Of a stretch of DNA of 64,000 nucleotides, positions 1-10,731 are shown in pieces. Position 1 is the stretch's first letter. Every line of letters begins with the position of its first letter. The notes below the pieces were generated by a model that saw only the letters and a program-made list of their open reading frames with translations, searched no databases and was not told the DNA's origin. The position numbers and the translations under genes are program-made. Origin of the DNA: Planctomycetota bacterium. Its GTDB lineage: Bacteria; Planctomycetota; UBA8108; UBA1146. The stretch is from NCBI GenBank assembly GCA_016776905.1, contig JADHSM010000001.1:112691-176690 (forward strand). The letters are read 5' to 3'.

Positions 1-1
1 C

Positions 2-316
2 ATCCCATTACAAGCCAGTACTCTCGTGGCAGCAGCAGGGGGGGGAGTGATCAGTGAGGCGAGGCGCGGTCAGCAACTGGTCGAAACTTTGGAAAAGTCG
101 CTAGATCAGCGTGAACGTAGATCAAACCGCTATTTTTCCTTTATTCTGGCTCTGAGAAGTCCAAGAGCGAGTGCTCCCCTGACAGTAAAGAGCAGAATAT
201 GGCAAACTTTGTCAGAGGAACTGAGACAAGAGATCGATGATGCTACTCGCAGCGTCCTCAGAGAAGATGCTCGATTGAATGATGTCGAAGCAGAGATTTC
301 TTTTCCGGGACTTTGA
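2..316 (+). CDS. Hypothetical protein, 5'-truncated by the window edge
   Basis: Frame is open from position 2 to the TGA at 314-316 and ends just before the add RBS. No recognisable motif. Confidence 0.5.
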   Translation: MPLQASTLVAAAGGGVISEARRGQQLVETLEKSLDQRERRSNRYFSFILALRSPRASAPLTVKSRIWQTLSEELRQEIDDATRSVLREDARLNDVEAEISFPGL

Positions 317-350
317 AATGATGAACTCGAACTCCAGCAGGAGGATTGAT

Positions 351-1412
351 ATGCGCGATAAGATTCAAAATATGCCTAAGGTACAGTTGCATGATCATCT
401 CGATGGTGGACTTCGCCCGGAAACAATCATCGAATTGGCGGACGAAAGAGGGATTGATATTCCTGCTTCAGACGCCGTTGAATTAGGGGAGTGGTTTTAC
501 CGAGGAGCCGCCCAAGGAGATCTTCCTAGATATTTGGAAGGTTTTGCAGTGACAACCGGTGTCATGCAAGACGTTTCCGCATTGAAGCGAATCGCAAAAG
601 AGCATGTGGAAGGCCTCGCTCGTGTCGGGGTTGTCTACGGTGAAATCCGATTTGCTCCAGTTCTTCATACCTTTGAGGGATTAACGATGGAGGAAGTTCT
701 TGAAGCTGTCCTCGATGGGATTTCCGAGGGGAGTCGTGAAACTGGAGTGATCGCTAGAATAATAGTCTGCTCTCTCCGTCATATGGATCCGAAGATTTCA
801 TTGGATTCAGCGAAAGTGGCTGTTCAATTTCGGGATAGGGGTGTCGTTGGATTCGATCTCGCTGGAGACGAGTCTGGGCATCCACCTGCAGATCATATCG
901 AAGCTTTTCAGTTTCTGAGAAAGAGCAATTTTAACATCACGATTCATGCGGGAGAGGCGTTTGGTCTTTCATCCATTTGGCAGGCCATCCAACATTGTGG
1001 CGCACATCGCATCGGCCACGCGACTCGCCTGGTAGAAGACGATACGGTTCCGGGGGATCACAGGGGAACTTTGGGGGAGTACATTCTTGACCATCGTATT
1101 CCACTCGAGATGTGCCTCTCCTCGAATTTGCACACAGGTGCAGTGACGGATCTCAAAAACCACCCCTTCCCTCGTTATTTGAAAGAGGGATATCGGGTCG
1201 CATTGAATGTCGACAACACGCTGATGTCGAAAACTGATTTGACCCGTGAGTGGGAACTGGCTCATGATCTGTTTTCTTTGGGCATTGACGATTTTGAGCG
1301 TATCGCCATCAATGCCGTCAAGGGTGCGTTTTGCGAGCATTCTCTCCGTAGGGAACTGATTCAGGACGTGATTGTTCCCGGATTTGCAAGAGTTCGGGGC
1401 GAGGCGAGTTGA
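351..1412 (+). CDS. add: Adenosine deaminase
   Basis: HDHLDGG, GFDLAGDE, TIHAGE, RIGH and NVDN amidohydrolase motifs. Start moved to ATG 351, which follows AGGAGG. Confidence 0.92.
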   Translation: MRDKIQNMPKVQLHDHLDGGLRPETIIELADERGIDIPASDAVELGEWFYRGAAQGDLPRYLEGFAVTTGVMQDVSALKRIAKEHVEGLARVGVVYGEIRFAPVLHTFEGLTMEEVLEAVLDGISEGSRETGVIARIIVCSLRHMDPKISLDSAKVAVQFRDRGVVGFDLAGDESGHPPADHIEAFQFLRKSNFNITIHAGEAFGLSSIWQAIQHCGAHRIGHATRLVEDDTVPGDHRGTLGEYILDHRIPLEMCLSSNLHTGAVTDLKNHPFPRYLKEGYRVALNVDNTLMSKTDLTREWELAHDLFSLGIDDFERIAINAVKGAFCEHSLRRELIQDVIVPGFARVRGEAS

Positions 1413-1723
1413 ACAGACTCCCGATATCGTAAATAATAACTTTCCCGAATGGGGCCGCCTGCATCTTTGGGGCTTTTAACCACAACAAGAAATTGTTGGG
1501 TTACAGTCTTCATTGAAAAAGTGATCAGTAGCAATATTGATCTCTGAACCCGCGTTTCTGCAAGTAGGTAGCATTCATTAATAGGAATCCTGAATCGAAC
1601 GAATTCCTGCGGGTGTGTTGTTGTGTGAATGACCGGGGTATCCCAACCCGTTGAGTTCACTCCCGAAAAAAAACATGGGCCATCTTAAAGATTGGCCAGT
1701 AAACCGAGCACAGGAGATTGCGC

Positions 1724-3727
1724 ATGTCCGATCTGATCGATCGTCTCAAACAGCGAAAAGTGACCAAGCGCTCTGCAAAAGTTTCCCTTGAGGGAAGAGT
1801 TTTGTATTTGGTCGATGATGCTGACGCTATTCAGCGTCAACTTCAAGGTGAAGATTTGAGTCCCCAGCATGGCTTGGACTACCGGGACAATATCTCCACA
1901 GACGAAATGACTCCGGCATATGTTTGTTACTACCACGACGAAACATTAGGTGAATTCCCTTATGTGGGATATTCCGCAGGGGGCGAGTTTCCCTTCACTA
2001 GAAATTCAGTGAAGGAAGGCGGATTCGCAGCCAGTGTCAGTGGTAAGCGTCGAGGAAAAGGTTCAAGCCGAGAAGCTTCTCCGTATGCAGAACTTTGTGC
2101 CGGGATTCATCTCGTCTTTGCAGAAAACATAGAACGTATTTATCAGCAAAATTGTCACAACCTCGGATTGCTGACGTGTACGGATTTGTCTGTTCTTGAC
2201 AGATTGCTAGAGGGCGAAGTCGTCAGTTTGGACGATTTCACTATCGGCAAAGATCCAGTGACGACTCAAATCATTGAGTGGGGTGGACTCTTCGAGTTCA
2301 ATTTGGCCAGAGTTCAAGGCCAAGTCGACTTGCCAGGGCCAAAGCTGTCCGATGGGCCGCAGACAATTACGCAAAAGATATTCGCTAGCCACCGGGTCAT
2401 TGATTCTTCGACCTATGAAGTAGGTGCGAAGAGTGCCGTTGTGGGGGATGCGGGTTTCTTTGCGACTGATTTGAGATTCAGTCACGAGTACGTCACTCCC
2501 ATGGCAGCGACGTTCTTTGAGGAGAAAGTTGGCAAGGGTGAGCCTCTGAATGATCCCGAGTCCATTATTTTGTTCCGAGATCATCTGACATTTCTTGAGC
2601 AAGCGATGACCCCTGAAAGAAAAAAGATGGGGCTCCTCAATACGGCACAACAGCTCAAGATTAAGCAAGAGCAGTTTGCTGAGACCTACGATCTCACTCT
2701 CCATGGAGAAACTGAGCACGGTGGGTCTGAAGCGATTTGCCATTCAAAGATGCTTCAGGACTATGCTTTGCCAGGGCACTTGATCATTGGAAGTGATTCC
2801 CACACACCGCACTCCGGAGCGATCGGTTGCGTGGCCTTTGGAGTCGGAACCACTGCCATCTTTAATTCCTGGATTACCAGAGACGTTTATTCGCTCGTGC
2901 CAGAGTCGGTGAGAGTCGAAGTCAAAGGAAAGCGTCCCGATGGTGTGACAGCGAAAGACATGATGTTGGCAATACTCAGAACGCCTTATGTGGCGGATGG
3001 TCATGCTATCGGAAAGATGGTGGAGTATTGCGGTGAAGCTGTTAAAGAACTCTCCATCGACGAGAGAGCGACGATGACAAACATGGCTGCAGAAGTCGGT
3101 GCGTTCAGTGGCATCGTCGTTCCCGATGAGAAGGCCGCAGAGTTCATGGTCAATGAACGGGGGATGGATCCGGCGAAAGCGAAGGCCTATTGTGAAGGGC
3201 TGGAGAGTGACCCCGGATCTGAATATTGCCATGAGATCATTATCGATGCTGAAGCCCTAGAACCCCTCGTGGCTCTCCCTGGTGATCCCGGGAATGGTCT
3301 TGAGATATCGAAACTTGAAGCTGATGTTCGTATCGATATCGCCTATGGGGGCTCCTGTACTGCAGGGAAAAAAGAAGACATGGATATGTACGCTGAAGTT
3401 CTCATAGCAGGACTTGAGCGCGGTGAACGAGTGGCTGAAGACGTGGAATTCTGGATTCAGTTCGGATCCCAAGAGGTGAAAGAATACTGCAGGGAAAAAG
3501 GATATCTGGAGGTCTTCGAAAAAGCGGGGGCACAGGTCATCGAGCCATCTTGCGGTGCATGTATTAATGCGGGACCTGGAATCAGTCGATCACCGGACCA
3601 AGTCAGTGTGAGCGCGATCAATCGTAACTTCCCAGGCAGATCTGGTCCTGGTCAAATGTATCTCGCAAGTCCACTGACGGTTGCTGCCAGCGCTTTGGCG
3701 GGAAAGATTGTTGCTTACGACGGTTAA
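1724..3727 (+). CDS. Aconitase-family dehydratase: N-terminal LeuD-like swivel domain fused to a LeuC-like [4Fe-4S] domain
   Basis: N-terminal DNISTDEMTP, GKGSSRE and IYQQNCHNLGL; C-terminal GSDSHT, ERATMTNM, GSCTAG, CGAC and NRNFPGR. AGGAG precedes ATG 1724. Confidence 0.87.
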   Translation: MSDLIDRLKQRKVTKRSAKVSLEGRVLYLVDDADAIQRQLQGEDLSPQHGLDYRDNISTDEMTPAYVCYYHDETLGEFPYVGYSAGGEFPFTRNSVKEGGFAASVSGKRRGKGSSREASPYAELCAGIHLVFAENIERIYQQNCHNLGLLTCTDLSVLDRLLEGEVVSLDDFTIGKDPVTTQIIEWGGLFEFNLARVQGQVDLPGPKLSDGPQTITQKIFASHRVIDSSTYEVGAKSAVVGDAGFFATDLRFSHEYVTPMAATFFEEKVGKGEPLNDPESIILFRDHLTFLEQAMTPERKKMGLLNTAQQLKIKQEQFAETYDLTLHGETEHGGSEAICHSKMLQDYALPGHLIIGSDSHTPHSGAIGCVAFGVGTTAIFNSWITRDVYSLVPESVRVEVKGKRPDGVTAKDMMLAILRTPYVADGHAIGKMVEYCGEAVKELSIDERATMTNMAAEVGAFSGIVVPDEKAAEFMVNERGMDPAKAKAYCEGLESDPGSEYCHEIIIDAEALEPLVALPGDPGNGLEISKLEADVRIDIAYGGSCTAGKKEDMDMYAEVLIAGLERGERVAEDVEFWIQFGSQEVKEYCREKGYLEVFEKAGAQVIEPSCGACINAGPGISRSPDQVSVSAINRNFPGRSGPGQMYLASPLTVAASALAGKIVAYDG

Positions 3728-4143
3728 TCTCTTGTGATTCCTGCGACCCGGGCCAATCGGGTACGCTCGGAAACAAGATCTCGGAGTGGTGAAACCAGAT
3801 CTAAGTAGGTCTGTCCTTCCACTCGAGTCGTTGGCAAGAAATGATCGCTATCTCCTGCGCTTTCTTCTGCACTGTTGCTTGTTGCTAGCCATTGACCGAC
3901 AACCGGGAAACACCGTGGATCAGGACAAGGGAAATCCTCGTCGAGAGGACTCCACCACAGTTCACCTCTCCGAAGAACCTCGGAAGTGATTTCAAGAGTC
4001 TTGGAATCCCATTCAAAATTTGAGGCATCATGCAAGAGACGTCGGATCAAGGGTTCTGATCTTTGAATGATTCGGGTTTCGATACTTCGAATCTGTTCGA
4101 GTGCCAGCATACGCTCGCGTAGCGGGGGGCTCTCATCTGCCAT
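3724..4143 (-). CDS. Hypothetical protein
   Basis: 139-aa ORF filling the gap between two + strand genes. AAAGGA RBS precedes the ATG. Confidence 0.6.
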   Translation of the reverse strand: MADESPPLRERMLALEQIRSIETRIIQRSEPLIRRLLHDASNFEWDSKTLEITSEVLRRGELWWSPLDEDFPCPDPRCFPVVGQWLATSNSAEESAGDSDHFLPTTRVEGQTYLDLVSPLRDLVSERTRLARVAGITRD

Positions 4144-4183
4144 GCCGTAGTCCTTTCCGCTTCGTTGGGAGAAGGGTGTTTTT

Positions 4184-5017
4184 ATGAATCAAGGACAATC
4201 CCAAATCCGACTTGGTACTTCTTCATGGTCAGAGAAGAGTTGGAGGGGTGTTTTTTATCCCGACAATCTTCAACCCGCTGACTTTATTCAACACTACTCT
4301 CGAGTATATGACACGGTAGAAATTGATTCGACTTTTTATGCCATCCCCCGGGAATCAACCGTGAAGGGGTGGCGTAGGAAGACTCCTGATCACTTTACCT
4401 TTTCAGCCAAGGTGCCCCGTATCGTGACTCATGACAAAGTTCTTATTGAGGCTGAAGAAGAGATGGAAATATTCGTGGAGACGATGCAATGGTTAGGAGA
4501 CAAACTTGGGCTTCTTCTTTTACAATTTCCATACTTCAATAAAAAAGCATTTAGTGACAAAAGGGAGTTCCTCGATCGACTGGCGAACTTTTTACCCCGA
4601 TTCTCAGGGGAAGTGAAGCTTGTAGTTGAGCTTCGTAATAAGAACTGGATTCAACCTGAGGTTTCACGACTGATCGAATCGATGGGAGCCTCGCTCGCTT
4701 GGGTTGATCAAGCATGGATGCCTGATCCTGAAGAGTGGCTGGAAAGATTAGGATCTCCGTCAGGGCAAATAGGCTATTTCAGATTCCTGGGTGACCACAA
4801 GGCACTGGATGCCATGACCGATACATGGGATCGACAGGTTTTGGATCCCCGTGAAAAACTAAAGAGATGGATTGAACCTATGAATAAATTTCTTCAAGCA
4901 GGAGGAGATGTCTATGGGTACTTCAATAATCACTATGCGGGTCATGCCCCTGCTACTCTGGAAGATTTCCGAGACCTTTGGGGGCAGGATCACTCGTCTT
5001 CGTCGTCAAGTGTGTAA
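4184..5017 (+). CDS. DUF72 (YecE-like) family protein
   Basis: GTSSWS, VEIDSTFYAIP, KVPRIVTH, LLLQFP, VELR and YFNNHYAGHAP motifs. Confidence 0.9.
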   Translation: MNQGQSQIRLGTSSWSEKSWRGVFYPDNLQPADFIQHYSRVYDTVEIDSTFYAIPRESTVKGWRRKTPDHFTFSAKVPRIVTHDKVLIEAEEEMEIFVETMQWLGDKLGLLLLQFPYFNKKAFSDKREFLDRLANFLPRFSGEVKLVVELRNKNWIQPEVSRLIESMGASLAWVDQAWMPDPEEWLERLGSPSGQIGYFRFLGDHKALDAMTDTWDRQVLDPREKLKRWIEPMNKFLQAGGDVYGYFNNHYAGHAPATLEDFRDLWGQDHSSSSSSV

Positions 5018-6468
5018 GTGGTTTCGAGCCCCGGCCATGAGCCTACACGGTAGACAAGCATGAGGTTTGTTTTCCCCATCTTGTAAGTAGGTGCACCCAT
5101 CAACAAAACCAGTTTGTCCCCGGGGTGAGCGAGTCCGTCTTTTTGAAGAGTTTTGTCGAGTACCTCGATCAGCTCGTCCGTCGACCTTACCGGGCGGATT
5201 TTGTAGGGACGAACTCCCCAAACGAGGCTGAGGCGATTACGGACAGCCGGATGGGTCGTGAACGCCATAATCGGACGTTCTGGGCGTCTTCTTGAGCAAA
5301 GAATGGCTGTAGATCCGGATTGAGTAAAGGCAACGAGTGCATGAGCTTCCACATGATGGGCCAATTGGCATGCTGCATCAGTGATCGCTTCAGGCGTGGA
5401 GTCGACGGATCGTTCTCTGCGTCTTCTTTGTGTCATGCGCCCGGAATTGTTCTCCGTATAAGAAATCACGTCTGACATCATTTGAACGGACTCAATCGGA
5501 TACTGTCCGATTGCGGTTTCTGAAGAGAGCATGACAGCATCTGTTCCGTCGAGAACGGCATTGGCGACATCACTGGCTTCGGCGCGGGTCGGACGAGGAT
5601 TGTGAGTCATGCTGTCGAGCATCTGGGTTGCGGTGATAGTGGGTTTCCCCAGTCTCAATCCTTCAGAGATGATCTGCTTTTGAATCAGGGGGACTTGTTG
5701 TGGGGGCATCTCGACTCCGAGATCCCCTCTCGCCACCATGACACCCCATGACTTATGCATGATTTCAGTCAGATTTGTAACAGCTGCGGGCTTCTCAATT
5801 TTTGAGATCACGGGAATACTCGAATTCTCGCTATCGAGAATATCGAGCAACTTTTGTATGTCTGCGGATTTCCGAACAAAGGAGAGAGCTAAAAAATCAA
5901 TACGCTTGGAAATGGCAAAAAGAGCATCTTCTTGATCTTTATCAGTGATTGCAGGAGCAGAGACTTTTGTTGAAGGAAGGTTGATGCCTTTGCGAGGATG
6001 AATCAACCCCGAGTTCAATGCTTTGGCTCTGACGAGGCCTTTGGAAACATGAGTCGTTTCCAACGCGATATTTCCATCGTCGATCAGTATCGGTTCTCCG
6101 ACTTGGATGTCTTGGTCAAGAAGATCATAGTCACTTCCGATCTCGCCCTTTTCTGGGGGGCGATTGACTGCGAAAGCAATTTCAGTCCCGACCTGAACAG
6201 AGTGGGGCTCACCAGAGAAATCGGACACTCTGATTTTCGGACCTTGTAGGTCGTATAAAATCCCGAGTGGCTTGCCTACGCGCTTGGCAACTTCACGAAC
6301 CATATCGATCGTTGCGCTGTCTCTCTCATGTGCTCCATGAGAGGCGTTGATCCGAATAACGTCGAGTCCGGACTCCACCATGCGGGCGAGAATTTCCGGA
6401 TCGGAAGATGCAGGACCCAGAGTGGCAACGATTTTTGTTTGGCGTAGTGGCTGGGCATTATTTGTCAT
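4990..6468 (-). CDS. pyk: Pyruvate kinase
   Basis: TKIVATLGPAS, DLQGPKIR, KIEK, MVARGDLGVE, ATQMLDSM, PTRAEASDVANA. Confidence 0.97.
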   Translation of the reverse strand: MTNNAQPLRQTKIVATLGPASSDPEILARMVESGLDVIRINASHGAHERDSATIDMVREVAKRVGKPLGILYDLQGPKIRVSDFSGEPHSVQVGTEIAFAVNRPPEKGEIGSDYDLLDQDIQVGEPILIDDGNIALETTHVSKGLVRAKALNSGLIHPRKGINLPSTKVSAPAITDKDQEDALFAISKRIDFLALSFVRKSADIQKLLDILDSENSSIPVISKIEKPAAVTNLTEIMHKSWGVMVARGDLGVEMPPQQVPLIQKQIISEGLRLGKPTITATQMLDSMTHNPRPTRAEASDVANAVLDGTDAVMLSSETAIGQYPIESVQMMSDVISYTENNSGRMTQRRRRERSVDSTPEAITDAACQLAHHVEAHALVAFTQSGSTAILCSRRRPERPIMAFTTHPAVRNRLSLVWGVRPYKIRPVRSTDELIEVLDKTLQKDGLAHPGDKLVLLMGAPTYKMGKTNLMLVYRVGSWPGLETTYTLDDEDE

Positions 6469-6518
6469 GTCTTGAGTGTCCTGAATCGTAGCCCGGGTGT
6501 AAAGGGAACCTCTGAGGT

Positions 6519-6558
6519 AAAGAAAAGAACCCGAGATCGTTACGATCTCCGGGTTCTT
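6519..6558 (-). terminator. Intrinsic terminator of the cohesin/dockerin gene
   Basis: Inverted repeat AAGAACCCGAGATCGT / ACGATCTCCGGGTTCTT (one bulge), followed by a T-rich tract on the minus strand, about 30 nt after the stop. Confidence 0.75.
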
Positions 6559-6585
6559 ACTGGGAAAGGACTCAAATGATCACTA

Positions 6586-7923
6586 TCAGGGGCATACGGG
6601 GAAGTTTGCACAATCAAGGGGGTCCGTGTCGGTGCCATCCAGTCCACAATTCGGATAGGGAGCCGCAGGATTTGAGCCACTGCTGAACAGATTGGAAAGC
6701 AGGAAGACCGGATCACTGATATCCAAACCTCCGTCGTCATTCAGGTCGCATGAGTCTGCGCAAAGTGGAGTACCGGTGCCTCCGAAAAGGAAACCCAATG
6801 CTGCCACGACATCTGCAATGTTGTTCGAGCCATCTGCGTTGCAATCACCCCGTACAAAAGTGGGACCTTCTTCACAGAGAAGAGCACAATTGAGTTGGTT
6901 GACAGTTCCTCCACAAATGTCGATGGCTTCGACTACGAAATCTAATTCGGTCGGAGAAAAAGGCATCGATCCGGTCGCACTGGTCGCTGTTCCCGGAAGG
7001 GTCGCTTGAAGTACTCCACCCGCAAAAACGTTGATAGCGGAGTAAGTTCCGGGTGCAGACCAAGAGAGAAGATATTCACATCCTGATCCTGGGACATTAG
7101 AGGTCAGACCACAGGCGAGGTTTTCGAGGGGAGGCGGCGGTGTAAACACCGGGCAACTCTCGATGGTGCAGGCCTCAGCCGAGGGAGTTCCATTGACGAC
7201 ACCACGAACACAAATGGTATCCGCGGCAACTGGAAGAGTCACAGTCGAGGAAGTAGCGCTGCCCGCCAAAGTCTGAACGAGGACTCCTGCAACTCTGATT
7301 TCTACCGAGTCATAGGCCGCACCATTGGTCCAAGAGATGTCTGCTAAACAAGTGCAGATATCTACCGCTCCAAGCGTGGGTATAGACGGGAAAGGAACCG
7401 AAATACTGACAGAGCCCGCTGTGCTCGCAGGAAAGACACTGACGCCTCCAACAGTGAAGACAATATTAGTAGGAGGGTTTCCAAGTGTCGTAACCGGGTT
7501 GATGGCGGTCGTTGTTCCTGGTGCCGCAGCGCCAGAGACAGCATATGTCATCACTGCGACTTCCTGATTGGTTCCCGCAGGAATCGAATCGAGAGCTCCT
7601 CCGAAGGTTGTGATGCATGCGAGAATGACTCCTGGGCCATTCACCGGAGCCAGTTCCTGGAAGAAATATTCTGCGCCTGTTCCGCCATTCAGTTGTGAAG
7701 TGACGGTTCCCTGAGTGATTTCAATGGGTGTTAAAACATTGGCATCATGAGTTGCTCCATATGAAAAGCCGAGAACAGCCGCTGAATTATCAATCGTGAT
7801 AGAAACGCTAGTATTACTTCCAGCAGCGGAAATGGACTGGCCGATGTTCAGTGAATCTTGAGCCTGTATCACAGTAGAGAGACCTACTAAGGCAAATACT
7901 GCCAGTATATTGAGCACTTTCAT
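6586..7923 (-). CDS. Secreted Cys-rich protein: signal peptide, cohesin-like domain, two FN3/Ig-like repeats, C-terminal dockerin-like domain
   Basis: Signal peptide MKVLNILAVFALVGLSTVIQA; twin Ca-binding loops FVRGDCNADGSNNIAD and CDLNDDGGLDISD. CAGGAG RBS precedes ATG 7923. Confidence 0.8.
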   Translation of the reverse strand: MKVLNILAVFALVGLSTVIQAQDSLNIGQSISAAGSNTSVSITIDNSAAVLGFSYGATHDANVLTPIEITQGTVTSQLNGGTGAEYFFQELAPVNGPGVILACITTFGGALDSIPAGTNQEVAVMTYAVSGAAAPGTTTAINPVTTLGNPPTNIVFTVGGVSVFPASTAGSVSISVPFPSIPTLGAVDICTCLADISWTNGAAYDSVEIRVAGVLVQTLAGSATSSTVTLPVAADTICVRGVVNGTPSAEACTIESCPVFTPPPPLENLACGLTSNVPGSGCEYLLSWSAPGTYSAINVFAGGVLQATLPGTATSATGSMPFSPTELDFVVEAIDICGGTVNQLNCALLCEEGPTFVRGDCNADGSNNIADVVAALGFLFGGTGTPLCADSCDLNDDGGLDISDPVFLLSNLFSSGSNPAAPYPNCGLDGTDTDPLDCANFPVCP

Positions 7924-8304
7924 GAAAACTCCTGACCTAAAAATTGGTCGACTAAGGCGGACTGATTGAACCATGAGGTGATCCCAGAACCTGGAACCAG
8001 AATCCCCATAGGTGATTTCAAGAGACGGGTAATGAAATACACCCTGAATAAATTGATATCTTCTCTATTTGACCCTCCGTAATGGGATGAGGCAAGTGCT
8101 AGCCATTTGTAGACTCGTAGGGCCTGAATAGGCTGTGGTTTCCACAGGAAATATGATCCAGAAGCGAGCTGGGAAGCTTCTGTATGACTTTCCGAACTCG
8201 CCATGAAGCGATACCATCACGAATGGTTGCCAACGTGAAGGTAGTGATAGAGTCAAAATCGGCTCTACCAGACATGGGGATCCTAAGTCAGAGGTGAACA
8301 GAAC

Positions 8305-9363
8305 ATGAGTGAACAAATGAAAGCACTGGTCAAAGAAGGCCCTCATCCCGGGCTTGTTCTTGTTGAAAGACCGATTCCGAAAATCGAATCTGATGAGATT
8401 CGTATTCGGGTCGAGGCGACCTCTGTATGCGGTACAGATCTTCACATTTACAATTGGGATAACTGGGCGCAATCCAAGGTGGCTCAACCCCTGATTGTCG
8501 GACACGAGTTTTGTGGCGAAGTGATCGAAGTGGGTTCCGCTGTGACACGTTTTTCTGTGGGCGAGAGGGTCGCAGCAGAATCTCATGTCTTCTGTGGGAC
8601 TTGCCGCTACTGCAGGGAGGGCCAAGCTCACATCTGCGAAAATGAGAAGATCATTGGTGTTCAGAGAGATGGTTGCTTTGCGGAACAGATCGTCATGCCT
8701 GAGAGATGTGTGTGGAAGACTCCCGAAGGTTTGCCTGTCGAGATCGCTACTCTTCAAGAGCCTCTGGGGAACTCTGTTCATGTAGCCATGTCAGGAAGTG
8801 TCGCTGGCAAAGATGTACTCGTCATGGGCTGTGGCCCGACCGGACTTTTCAGTATTGCCATCGCCAAAAAGTGTGGAGCACGATCCGTCATCGCTGTCGA
8901 CGTGCAGCCCTACCGTTTGGAGTTGGCGAAAGCACTCGGAGCTGACGGTGCATGGAATCCTGTCGAAGTCGATATCGTCTCGGAGTACATGGAAAAAACC
9001 GACGGCATGGGAGCAGACGTTGTCTTTGAAATGTCTGGAAACGGAAAAGCCATCGAGGACAGTCTTCGCTGTCTCAGTAGAGGTGGGGACTACCGATTCT
9101 TTGGTGTACCCTCCGATCGAGTGTCCGTAGACCTTGCCCGAGATGTGATTTTCAAGGGAGCTCGATTACAGGGCATCATCGGCAGAAAAGTGTGGGATAC
9201 GTGGAAAGATATGAGCCGACTCCTCGAAGAGGGGCTAGATCTCTCTCCCATCGTCACTCACAAGATCGATCTCGAAGATTACGAAACGGCATTTAAACTG
9301 ATTCAGGAAGGGCAATGTGGCAAAGTGATCATGTTTCCCAACGGGATTCCAGCCTCAAGCTGA
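8305..9363 (+). CDS. tdh: L-threonine 3-dehydrogenase
   Basis: CGTDLHIYNWD, GHEF, structural Zn motif CGTCRYC..C, GCGPTG; adjacent to kbl. Confidence 0.95.
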   Translation: MSEQMKALVKEGPHPGLVLVERPIPKIESDEIRIRVEATSVCGTDLHIYNWDNWAQSKVAQPLIVGHEFCGEVIEVGSAVTRFSVGERVAAESHVFCGTCRYCREGQAHICENEKIIGVQRDGCFAEQIVMPERCVWKTPEGLPVEIATLQEPLGNSVHVAMSGSVAGKDVLVMGCGPTGLFSIAIAKKCGARSVIAVDVQPYRLELAKALGADGAWNPVEVDIVSEYMEKTDGMGADVVFEMSGNGKAIEDSLRCLSRGGDYRFFGVPSDRVSVDLARDVIFKGARLQGIIGRKVWDTWKDMSRLLEEGLDLSPIVTHKIDLEDYETAFKLIQEGQCGKVIMFPNGIPASS

Positions 9364-9402
9364 GCATTTCGAAGATATTGACTGTCGATGGAGAGGGAAG
9401 TG

Positions 9403-10587
9403 ATGTTTTCCGCTAGAGATCGTTTCGCCGAAGAACTGAACGGGATCGAAGAAGCAGGGCTTTGGAAAAAAGAACGGGTGATCACTTCTCCGCAAGGCTC
9501 GAGTATTTCTACGTCAGATGGCGAAGCACTAAATTTCTGTGCCAACAATTATCTAGGCCTTTCCAGTCATCCTGAAATCGTACAAGCGGCAAGATCTGCA
9601 TTGGATTCGCATGGTTTCGGGATGAGTTCCGTCAGATTTATCTGTGGAACGCAAGATATTCATAAGCAACTCGAAGAACGCATCGCCAGTTTCCTTTCGA
9701 CAGAAGACACCATTCTCTATACGTCCTGCTTCGATGCCAATGCTGGATTGTTTGAAACGATCTTGGGTCCAGAAGATGCTGTGATTTCGGATGAGTTGAA
9801 CCACGCCTCCATTATTGACGGAGTGCGGTTGTGCAAAGCTCAGCGTCACAGGTACTCTCACTGTGACATGAAGGATCTTGAAAAATGCCTCCAGGAATCG
9901 GCGAGTTGTCGAACTCGTCTTGTCGTCACTGATGGAGCATTCAGCATGCATGGTGTGTTAGCTCCTTTGGATAAGATTGCTGAACTCTGTGATCGTCATG
10001 ATGCCATATTGGTCGTCGACGATAGTCATGCCACAGGCTTCATCGGAGAAACGGGTAGAGGTACTCCTGAGTATTTCGGAGTTCAGGATCGTGTTGATAT
10101 CATCACGAGTACTCTGGGCAAAGCGCTGGGAGGAGCGAGTGGGGGATTCACCACAGGACATCGTGAAATCATCGAGTTGCTTCGTCAAAAATCCCGTCCA
10201 TACCTGTTTTCAAATACATTGGCTCCGTCCATCGTATTGGCGGGCATCCGCGTTCTCGAATTGATCGATGCCGAACCAGAACGGGTTCAAAAAAGCAGGG
10301 AAAACACGAAGCACTTCAGAGAGGGTATGACCGCTGCGGGTTTTGATATCGCGCAAGGTGTTCATCCTATTGTTCCGATCATGATCGGGGACGAGCGAAG
10401 AACCATGGATATGGCGAGCGCCATGAATGAGAAGGGGATCTTCGTGGTTGGGTTTTCCTATCCAGTGGTGCCGAAGGGACAAGCTCGAATCCGTGTTCAG
10501 ATCTCGGCTGGACATTCCGTAGATCAAATTGACCACGCCATTGCGGTATTCAGTGAAGTAGGGCGTGAATTAGGTCTGGTAAGCTAG
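9403..10587 (+). CDS. kbl: Glycine C-acetyltransferase (2-amino-3-ketobutyrate CoA ligase)
   Basis: [46 protein letters not shown]. Alternative start at 9388. Confidence 0.95.
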   Translation: MFSARDRFAEELNGIEEAGLWKKERVITSPQGSSISTSDGEALNFCANNYLGLSSHPEIVQAARSALDSHGFGMSSVRFICGTQDIHKQLEERIASFLSTEDTILYTSCFDANAGLFETILGPEDAVISDELNHASIIDGVRLCKAQRHRYSHCDMKDLEKCLQESASCRTRLVVTDGAFSMHGVLAPLDKIAELCDRHDAILVVDDSHATGFIGETGRGTPEYFGVQDRVDIITSTLGKALGGASGGFTTGHREIIELLRQKSRPYLFSNTLAPSIVLAGIRVLELIDAEPERVQKSRENTKHFREGMTAAGFDIAQGVHPIVPIMIGDERRTMDMASAMNEKGIFVVGFSYPVVPKGQARIRVQISAGHSVDQIDHAIAVFSEVGRELGLVS

Positions 10588-10731
10588 GAAACCCCATGCA
10601 TGGGGGAACTCGGCAATTCAGATTTGGGCTGAATCTGTCTCTCTATACTGATTCCGGCCAGCATCGTCTCGCTTCCCCTTGCTCCAGAGCATGCTTCTCT
10701 CGATAGTGTAGAGAAGAATCTGGAGGAACAG

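Noticed and set aside
8092-8105. Sigma-54-like site TGGCTAGCACTTGC on the minus strand
   Set aside because: GG-to-GC spacing is 9 nt instead of the strict 10. The similar site near 32294-32308 has the same defect.
10592-10605. Palindrome CCCCATGCATGGGG after kbl
   Set aside because: Short, no U-tract and not seen elsewhere, so a terminator cannot be told from chance.
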